From contig PMBI01000082.1 in the NCBI GenBank assembly GCA_003153775.1, positions 46,130-110,129 on the forward strand: DNA of 64,000 bases, given 5' to 3'. The translations under genes were made by a program, and so were the position numbers. Source of the DNA: Syntrophaceae bacterium (GTDB lineage Bacteria > Desulfobacterota > Syntrophia > Syntrophales > UBA2185). This document shows, piece by piece, positions 47,678 to 54,678 of this stretch (the stretch's first letter is position 1; each line of letters starts with the position of its first letter). The notes beneath the pieces were generated by a model. It ran no database searches. It saw only the letters and a list, made by a program, of their open reading frames with translations, and was not told the DNA's origin.

Positions 47678-48496
47678 CTATTCCTCGTCCTTCAATGGTT
47701 CATTCATGCTGCCCATCCTGTAACCCTGAATATCCAGAGCGACATACGCGTATCCCAAGAGTTTGAATTTTTCCATAATCAGTTTTGATATCTCCTCGTC
47801 GAGAAATATGGGCATGTCTGCGCGGAGCACCTCTATCCTGGCAATATTGCCGTGGTCCCGGACCCTCAATTGCCGAATCCCGAAACCTGCCAGGAATTCT
47901 TCCGCACGACCGACGCGCAGCAGCTTCTCTTTGGTAATTTGCGTGCCGTATGGGAACCGCGTTGACAGGCATGGCAACGGCGGCTTGTCCCACGTAGGGA
48001 GATTCATCTCCTTCGATAAGGCTCTGATATCTTTTTTTGTGAAACCCGCATCCTTAAGCGGACTCCGGACGCCGAACTCTTGAACCGCCCTCATTCCCGG
48101 ACGAAAATCTCTTTCGTCGTCAGGTGTCGAACCGTCTGCGATGTATTTCAAACCGTGCCTCTTTGCCAGTTCGGTAAGCTTGGTGAAAAGCTCTTTCTTG
48201 CAATGGTAGCATCTATCCGGTGGATTGGACGAGAAATTCGGGTCGTCCAGTTCATCTGTGTACATTACAATATGCTGTGCGCCGATTGCTTCTGCATTCT
48301 TCTTGGCATCACGGAGTTCTTGTGCTGTGTATGTTTCCGAACTCGCAGTGACGGCTATGGCTTTGTTGCCCAAAACGTTTGCCGCAACCTTGAGCAGGAA
48401 GGTGCTGTCCATACCTCCGGAATAGGCAATGAGGACACTTTGCATATCAGTCAGTATGTTTTCCAGTGATTCCAATTTTGAGGAAAGCTCTGTCAT
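47678..48496 (-). CDS. larE: ATP-dependent sacrificial sulfur transferase LarE (PP-loop)
   Basis: 272 aa with the PP-loop AYSGGMDS and the catalytic-Cys context PLPCLSTRFPYG. Confidence 0.85.
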   Translation of the reverse strand: MTELSSKLESLENILTDMQSVLIAYSGGMDSTFLLKVAANVLGNKAIAVTASSETYTAQELRDAKKNAEAIGAQHIVMYTDELDDPNFSSNPPDRCYHCKKELFTKLTELAKRHGLKYIADGSTPDDERDFRPGMRAVQEFGVRSPLKDAGFTKKDIRALSKEMNLPTWDKPPLPCLSTRFPYGTQITKEKLLRVGRAEEFLAGFGIRQLRVRDHGNIARIEVLRADMPIFLDEEISKLIMEKFKLLGYAYVALDIQGYRMGSMNEPLKDEE

Positions 48497-48673
48497 AACC
48501 TGCCGCCGTAGTAATGGTCAGTTCAGCATAGAATATACTACTATCATCTTCGGCGACAGGTTGTCAACATGTCGACATTCCAATGAGAAATTTTTCTTTG
48601 ACAGATGTGCATGGGTGAAGTACCTTTATATCAATAGACTGAGATTGGTAGCCGACGGGAAAAAGGAGGAGAT

Positions 48674-49258
48674 ATGATGAAAAAGATCATCGTGTGCTGG
48701 CTTGCAGTTGTGCTGACTATTCTTGGGGTTGCAGGTTCCGCGAGAACGGCAAATTCTCCGCCGGCGGTGGGCGGAACGCTGCCGGATATAAAGCTTCCCA
48801 TACCAAATGATTCTGCGGAAAAAAACTATCTTGATCTTGGCTTCTTCGGATTCGGCACTTTCAAGATTCCAGAGATCAAGGCCAAATTGGTTATTATCGA
48901 GATTTTCAGCATGTACTGCCCCTATTGCCAGGGGGAAGCGCCAAACGTGAATCAGTTGTATGCAAAAATTGACGATAATCCGTCTCTCAAGGGCAAGATC
49001 AAGATCATTGGTATCGGTGCGGGAAATACGTCCTATGAAGTTGGAACCTTCAAAAAGAAATACAACGTGCCATTTCCCCTCTTTGCAGACGGAGATTATG
49101 TCATTCATAAAATTGTCGGGGAGGTGAGGACGCCATACTTTATCGGCGTGAAAATAAACACTGACGGCACTAATCGGGTTATTTACTCCAAAGTCGGTAC
49201 CCTTGGCGGAGTTGATGATTTTCTCTCCACATTGATTAAATTGTCCGAACTACAATAG
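48674..49258 (+). CDS. Secreted thioredoxin-fold (TlpA/redoxin-like) protein
   Basis: 194 aa with a signal peptide and the CPYC active-site motif. Confidence 0.7.
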   Translation: MMKKIIVCWLAVVLTILGVAGSARTANSPPAVGGTLPDIKLPIPNDSAEKNYLDLGFFGFGTFKIPEIKAKLVIIEIFSMYCPYCQGEAPNVNQLYAKIDDNPSLKGKIKIIGIGAGNTSYEVGTFKKKYNVPFPLFADGDYVIHKIVGEVRTPYFIGVKINTDGTNRVIYSKVGTLGGVDDFLSTLIKLSELQ

Positions 49259-49268
49259 GAGGGCTGAT

Positions 49269-49889
49269 ATGAAAGAACATGGCCGGCATTTTCTCTTTGT
49301 CTTACTGACAGGAATGGGTCTTCTGATTTTCATTTATGCTCCGGCGTCTCAGGCAGCATTCGGTCTTTCTGATGTGTTTAAAAATAATATCTACAACCCG
49401 GGACTCCTGAAGCCCACGGACAGCGTCTCGAAGCTGAAGGCAGGAGACAGGGCCCCTAATTTTACGCTCAAAGCCGTTTCGGGGGAGACGATCTCCTTAA
49501 GACAGTACCGGGGCAAGAAGAATGTTGTCATCTCGTTTGTACCAGCAGCATGGACTCCCGTCTGCTCAGACCAATGGCCGGGCTATAATATCGTGAAAGA
49601 TATATTTGATAAACATGATGCCATACTGCTCGGCATCTCTGTGGATAATATCCCCACTTTGTTTTCCTGGACGAAGCAGATGGGCAATTTGTGGTTCCCG
49701 GTGCTCTCCGATTTCTGGCCGCATGGAAAGGTTGCATCAATGTATGGGGTTTTACGCGCCGACGGGGTAGCGGAGAGGGCGTTGATCATCATAGATAAGA
49801 AAGGAATCATACGTTACATGGACGTTCACGATATTAACAAGAGACCCCCATTGGAAGATCTCGTAAAGGAGTTGGAAAAACTGAAATAA
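49269..49889 (+). CDS. Secreted peroxiredoxin (AhpC/TSA family)
   Basis: 206 aa with a signal peptide and the peroxidatic-Cys motif PAAWTPVCSDQ. Confidence 0.8.
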   Translation: MKEHGRHFLFVLLTGMGLLIFIYAPASQAAFGLSDVFKNNIYNPGLLKPTDSVSKLKAGDRAPNFTLKAVSGETISLRQYRGKKNVVISFVPAAWTPVCSDQWPGYNIVKDIFDKHDAILLGISVDNIPTLFSWTKQMGNLWFPVLSDFWPHGKVASMYGVLRADGVAERALIIIDKKGIIRYMDVHDINKRPPLEDLVKELEKLK

Positions 49890-50194
49890 ATACCGGCAGA
49901 CGTCTGCAAAATTATCATGCATTGTTCCCCGCGGCCTGTCCCTATATGTTCTTCTATGGGAGGGTATGGCAAGAATCGAGCCTTCTTAAAGCATTCGCTT
50001 TTGTAGAATTCTTACATTGACAAACGTATCGATCTGTGCTACAAAAAATAAAAAAATAACACGATGACAGAGAAACATATGCCGATCCGGCGGAAGCATT
50101 GCGGGAGACAGGGGTAAGGCAGTCCGTATTATTTTTTTTGTATACGCGTGGCACGAAATATATGTTCATGGCACAGCAGGCTTCGGTGGTTGGT

Positions 50195-50890
50195 ATGCAT
50201 ATTCCCGACGGTTATCTGAGTCCCCAGACATATATTCCCCTTTACGGGGCGTCAATAGCAGTCTGGGGAATAGCCCTGAAAAAGATTAAGAATGAACTCT
50301 CCGCCAAGTACGTTCCTTACCTGGCCATGGCAGCAGCATTCTCCTTTCTCATCCAGATGTTCAATATCCCCGTTCCCGGGGGGACTTCGGGGCATGCCGT
50401 CGGTGCGGGTATCATCGCCCTGCTCCTGGGTCCCTGGACAGCGGTCATTGCCGTCTCCGTGGTCTTGATTATACAGGCGTTTGTCTTCGGTGACGGCGGC
50501 ATCACGGCCATAGGCGCCAACTGTTTCAATATGGCCATTGTCATGCCTTTCGTTGCCTACTGGACATTCAATTTGATCAAAGGATTCTCGCAGAACAGGG
50601 TAAGGATCCTCGCGGCGGCTTTCCTTTCAGGGTATGTCGGACTTTCTGCAGCCGCCTTCTCGGCCGCTTTCATGTTTGGCATCCAGCCTGTAATTGCCAT
50701 CGGTCCTGACGGCATGCCGCTCTATGCACCGTATCCCCTCTCCATTGCCATTCCCGCTATGGCTATTGAACACCTGTTTCTTTTCAGTATTGTTGAAGGG
50801 GTCATGACGCTTGTGCTTCTGAAATATTTTCTCAAGAATGAATCAACGCTCGTTTATGCCATGAGGGGGGATTCGCGTGAAGAGGCTTGA
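50195..50890 (+). CDS. ECF-type Ni/Co transporter substrate-capture subunit (NikM/CbiM)
   Basis: I chose the ATG at 50195 so that the protein begins MHIPDGYLSP, because the N-terminal Met-His is part of the metal site in this family. The track ORF extends 32 codons upstream. The protein is polytopic and contains GGTSGHAVGAG. Confidence 0.8.
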   Translation: MHIPDGYLSPQTYIPLYGASIAVWGIALKKIKNELSAKYVPYLAMAAAFSFLIQMFNIPVPGGTSGHAVGAGIIALLLGPWTAVIAVSVVLIIQAFVFGDGGITAIGANCFNMAIVMPFVAYWTFNLIKGFSQNRVRILAAAFLSGYVGLSAAAFSAAFMFGIQPVIAIGPDGMPLYAPYPLSIAIPAMAIEHLFLFSIVEGVMTLVLLKYFLKNESTLVYAMRGDSREEA

Positions 50891-51212
50891 GAAAAAACTG
50901 TGGCTGTGGCTCTTCGTGATGGCTCTCTTGTCTCCTCTCGGAATTATCCTACCGGGAAAATTCGGTGCTGAAGGAGCTTGGGGAGAGTGGGGCGCAGACG
51001 CCCTCGAAAAGCTTCTGGGCTATATTCCCGGGGGCTTGAAGAGGACGGCGGACATCTGGGCCGCCCCCATACGGAACTATACATTCGGTGGAGAAGGCGC
51101 GCTGATTTCCACAAGAATTGTTTCCTATATTGTGTCCGCTTTTATAGGAATCGTTCTTGTATGGGTCATAGTGTTAATAATATCGAGGCTGCTCTTCAAA
51201 CATGAGAAATAA
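50877..51212 (+). CDS. PDGLE-domain small membrane protein (NikN/CbiN-equivalent)
   Basis: 111 aa with a GTG start that overlaps the end of the M-subunit gene. It has two TM segments flanking a WGEWG-containing loop. Confidence 0.6.
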   Translation: MKRLEKKLWLWLFVMALLSPLGIILPGKFGAEGAWGEWGADALEKLLGYIPGGLKRTADIWAAPIRNYTFGGEGALISTRIVSYIVSAFIGIVLVWVIVLIISRLLFKHEK

Positions 51213-52128
51213 GATTCCGGACTTTCTTCTGTGTACACCCAAGCGGGCACAAGATGCCGGCGAGCGGGGCACATTAAGGCCTTCTTACATCGAAAAGGGA
51301 ATAGGGCATCTGTCGGAGATGATTACGACAGGGTATTTGAACGTAGGCCAGGATTCAGGGAAAGGTTTTTTTCAGAAGCTCGATCCAAGGGTGAAGGTGA
51401 TTTTTCTTATCTTCTTTGTCATCATTGTCAGCCTGAAAACGGATATATTACCAGAGGCCGCAATCACCCTCTTTACATTTCTCCTCGTCGTCTCGTCACG
51501 TATTAACATCGCGCAATTCTACAGAAGAATAGCCGGGCTGACGTTTATTTTTGGATTTCTGGTTGTCTTCCCGTCCGCCTGTAATGTGGTAACACCGGGA
51601 GAAATGATTCTGCCTATCATCCATTTGTCGCATCCCTACGAATTCCTGATCTACCATATCCCCGAAGAGATAGGCCTCACACGGCAGGGGCTTGATTGCG
51701 TGATAATGCTCTCACTGAGAATGATGAACTCTCTTGCCATTTCTCTCTTGGTAATCTATACGACGCCGTTTCACAGGATTATCAAAGCGCTGCAGGTTTT
51801 CCGTGTTCCTCAAGCGCTACTCCTTGTTATTACCCTTTCTTACAAGTACATCTTTATTTTTGTAAAAACAGTGGAGAGCATGTACCTTGCGAGAAAAAGC
51901 AGGCTTGTGGGTATGGCCAGAGATGACGAAGCGAGGATATGGGTGGCGGGGAGAATTGCTCACATGTTTAGAAAGTCCATGTCCCGGTATGAGGAAGTAT
52001 TCAGAGCAATGGTGGCAAGAGGCTATGCCGAAGAGGTAAAGCTATCCGATATCGGCGAGCTGACTGCGACGGACCGGCGTTCCGGCGGCTTCTTCGTGCT
52101 TGCCGGGATTTTCCTTTTATGGTTGTGA
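51202..52128 (+). CDS. cbiQ: ECF transporter transmembrane (T) component CbiQ/NikQ
   Basis: 308 aa polytopic protein with an ARKSR-type coupling-helix segment. It overlaps the previous gene. Confidence 0.8.
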   Translation: MRNKIPDFLLCTPKRAQDAGERGTLRPSYIEKGIGHLSEMITTGYLNVGQDSGKGFFQKLDPRVKVIFLIFFVIIVSLKTDILPEAAITLFTFLLVVSSRINIAQFYRRIAGLTFIFGFLVVFPSACNVVTPGEMILPIIHLSHPYEFLIYHIPEEIGLTRQGLDCVIMLSLRMMNSLAISLLVIYTTPFHRIIKALQVFRVPQALLLVITLSYKYIFIFVKTVESMYLARKSRLVGMARDDEARIWVAGRIAHMFRKSMSRYEEVFRAMVARGYAEEVKLSDIGELTATDRRSGGFFVLAGIFLLWL

Positions 52129-52135
52129 GGATAAG

Positions 52136-52972
52136 ATGGCAGATATTATCCAAATCGATGATGTAAGCTATGCCTATCATCATAATATCCCCGCTTTATC
52201 GCGGGTGAGCATGAGCATTTCTGAAGGTGAAATATTTGCGGTTATCGGTTCTAACGGGTGCGGTAAATCCACTCTCCTGCACATCATGAATGGACTGATT
52301 TATCCCAGCTCAGGAAGAGTGTATTTCCAGGGAAAAGAGGTTTCCGAAGGTTCGCTCCGGGACAGGACATTTGTCAAATATTTCAGGAGCAGCGTGGGTT
52401 ATGTCTTTCAGGATTCCGATGTTCATCTTTTCTGCCCGACCGTTTTCGATGAACTGATGTTTGGTCCGCTCCAGCTGGGTCTTTCTCAGGACGAGGCTTC
52501 CGGGCGGGTTAGCGAGATTATGGCTATGTTAGAGATATCTCATCTTAAGGATCGACCCTCCTACAGGTTATCGGGAGGTGAAAAGAAAAGAGTGGCAATA
52601 GGTTCCATCCTCACTATGAACCCCGGCCTTCTCCTCCTCGATGAGCCGATGAACGGTCTCGATCCGAGAACAAAAAGCTTCCTGATAGAATTGATGATAC
52701 TTCTCAATGACGCAGGAAAAACCCTCGTCATTGCCACCCACGACTTGTCTCTTATCAGTGAGCTCAGGTGCCGTGTTGCCGTCCTTTCTGAAGATCACCG
52801 CGTTGAAAAAATCGGGACTGCCGATGAGATATTACAGGATGAGGAGCTGCTGTTGAGAGTAAATCTCATCCACGAGCATGTTCATTACCACGGGAATCAT
52901 GCCCACATCCATATCCATTCTCATTATCTGTTTCACCGCCATGACCGGAAGCCCGATGGTGCTGATAATTGA
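52136..52972 (+). CDS. cbiO: ECF transporter ATPase CbiO/NikO with His-rich C-terminal tail
   Basis: Walker A is GSNGCGKST, the signature is LSGGEKKR and Walker B is LLLLDEP. The tail is IHEHVHYHGNHAHIHIHSHYLFHRH. The ATG at 52136 follows gaggataag. Confidence 0.88.
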   Translation: MADIIQIDDVSYAYHHNIPALSRVSMSISEGEIFAVIGSNGCGKSTLLHIMNGLIYPSSGRVYFQGKEVSEGSLRDRTFVKYFRSSVGYVFQDSDVHLFCPTVFDELMFGPLQLGLSQDEASGRVSEIMAMLEISHLKDRPSYRLSGGEKKRVAIGSILTMNPGLLLLDEPMNGLDPRTKSFLIELMILLNDAGKTLVIATHDLSLISELRCRVAVLSEDHRVEKIGTADEILQDEELLLRVNLIHEHVHYHGNHAHIHIHSHYLFHRHDRKPDGADN

Positions 52973-52974
52973 TT

Positions 52975-53769
52975 ATGAAATTCTTAAGAACGATATTTTA
53001 TATTATGATTCTGAGCCATGCATTATTGACGCAGAGCTTTGCCGCACACCCTTTGATTACCGACGATGCAGGGACACAGGGGAAAGGGAAATATCTTTTC
53101 GAGCTGAACGGTCAAATGGGTAATGAGACAGAGAGGCCAGGCGAAGGGATCGGCGCCAATGTAACGGCAAAGGAGAGGGAAACCGAATTAAGAGCGGCCC
53201 TTACCTACGGCGTTATTGACAATGTTGATGTTATCTTAACTATTCCCTACCAGTGGCAGAAGACGCAAGTAAACGATGCGACTGTGTCTGACGTGAGTGG
53301 TATTGCGGACATATCCATGGAGGTGAAGTGGCGTTTTTTCGAAAAAGACGGCTTGAGCCTTGCCGTCAAACCGGGGATAGCGCTCCCCGCGGGCGACAAG
53401 GATAAGGATCTCGGCACGGGAAAGGCAACGGGTACGCTGTATTTTATCACCACAAAGGAAATAGACCCGTGGGCGTTTCATTTGAACCTCGGTTATAAGA
53501 GAAATGAAAATGCGATAGATGAGAGAGAAGATATCTGGCATGCTTCTCTGGCCGGCGAATATAAAGTTATGAAAAATTTGAAGCTGGTTGCCAACATCGG
53601 TGCGGAGCGAAATACCGACAAGTCGTCTGATACTAATCCGGCATTTATATTAGGCGGGTTTATCTATTCCATGAGAGAGAATATGGACATCGATTTCGGC
53701 GTCAAGGGAGGCTTGAACAAGGCCGAGGGAGACATTACTTATCTCGCAGGGATAGCAATGAGGTTTTGA
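52975..53769 (+). CDS. Outer-membrane beta-barrel protein (MetA-pathway/transporter-like family)
   Basis: It has a signal peptide (MKFLRTIFYIMILSHALLTQSFA), alternating beta-strand periodicity and a C-terminal aromatic residue (AMRF). It starts 2 nt after the cbiO stop. Confidence 0.6.
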   Translation: MKFLRTIFYIMILSHALLTQSFAAHPLITDDAGTQGKGKYLFELNGQMGNETERPGEGIGANVTAKERETELRAALTYGVIDNVDVILTIPYQWQKTQVNDATVSDVSGIADISMEVKWRFFEKDGLSLAVKPGIALPAGDKDKDLGTGKATGTLYFITTKEIDPWAFHLNLGYKRNENAIDEREDIWHASLAGEYKVMKNLKLVANIGAERNTDKSSDTNPAFILGGFIYSMRENMDIDFGVKGGLNKAEGDITYLAGIAMRF

Positions 53770-53784
53770 TCCAGATGCGGGTAT

Positions 53785-54246
53785 CTACAGCGCAGTCGAA
53801 CACGCATCAACAAAGGTCATGACATTATAGTCCTCTGCAAGTGCAAGAAGAGCCAGCAGGCATATTTTCAGGACCTTGATGTCTTTGAAGTTCTTGTTTT
53901 CTGCGGCGTTTCTTATTTTCGTTTTGCTTACGGAAAAGATGCCGGCATAATCATTAAGGAACGAACCTACATCATGTTCCAATCTATCAAATTTCTCCAG
54001 AAGCTCTTTTGCCTCCGGTGTCAAGTGCAGTCCTTTGCCATGTCCGTCAGAATAGGTCAATTTTACGCCGAGTCTTGCTTCTGAGGCCTTCAGCCTTCCC
54101 CACGCAGCCCGGTACGACATTTTCAGTTTTCTGGCGGCGGCATAAAGGCTCTGCAGTTCATCGATAGATCGTAATAGATCCTCCCGGCCCTTGCCAAATA
54201 TGGTCTTTTCGTTTCTTTCCAACCATAATTTATATCTGATTTTCAT
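53785..54246 (-). CDS. ModE N-terminal-like winged-helix regulator (no Mop/TOBE domain recognised)
   Basis: The HTH segment is GREDLLRSIDELQSLYAAARKLKMSYRAAWGRLKASEARLG. I chose the ATG at 54246 (RBS ggaagg). The gene is divergent from the FDH operon. Confidence 0.65.
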   Translation of the reverse strand: MKIRYKLWLERNEKTIFGKGREDLLRSIDELQSLYAAARKLKMSYRAAWGRLKASEARLGVKLTYSDGHGKGLHLTPEAKELLEKFDRLEHDVGSFLNDYAGIFSVSKTKIRNAAENKNFKDIKVLKICLLALLALAEDYNVMTFVDACSTAL

Positions 54247-54387
54247 TTCTCTGCCTTCCCCGGACATAATTTTGACAACGTTTCTATCACAAATACGTTG
54301 ATTTTACCAGCGTAAACTCGGTGTAGAAATAGTATGCCATAAATGACATATACTATTGGGATAATTCCGGATTATCGCCAATAATAC

Positions 54388-54416
54388 TTGACATAGAGAG
54401 GAATAAAGTATATAGA
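54388..54416 (+). promoter_or_regulatory. Candidate sigma70 promoter for the FDH operon
   Basis: TTGACA (54388-54393) is followed by TATATA/TATAGA at 15-17 nt. This would give a leader of about 255 nt. Confidence 0.35.
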
Positions 54417-54527
54417 AAACCGGTGTTTTAGGCCGTGGCAGACACATCTGAGCGGTCTTTTAATCCTCATTACATAATCTATGGATGTACGCACAAGAAA
54501 TTCTGACCTGCCTGTTGTGGGCGAAAG

Positions 54528-54622
54528 CTTCTCCGATCTGCTCCTTCTAAAGATTATTCCATGAAGGGCTGACAATGGGTATGACTGGAAACGGTCCTGC
54601 CTCCCGTGTTTGGAAAGGGGAA
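54528..54622 (+). promoter_or_regulatory. Candidate Moco/Tuco-type riboswitch-like element (unverified)
   Basis: Motif-like segments CUCCGAU, GACUG-GAAA-CGGUC (GNRA hairpin), GCCUCCC and GGAAAGGGGAA are present. A possible closing helix pairs UUCUCC with GGGGAA. The resemblance was judged from memory of the consensus only. Confidence 0.3.
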
Positions 54623-54678
54623 TAGGAAAATATACCGGAAAAATATTTTCTCATGTAATTCTCAGAAAGGAGCTTTTT

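Noticed and set aside
49900-50194. A possible cobalamin or NiCo riboswitch in the leader of the ECF metal transporter. The region has a TTGACA-17-TACAAA promoter-like site at about 50018 and a T-run at about 50140.
   Set aside because: I could find no B12 box or GGTGAAAATCC-type core, and no convincing terminator stem before the T-run. I cannot judge the NiCo motif from memory, so no call is made. A cmsearch against Rfam would settle it.
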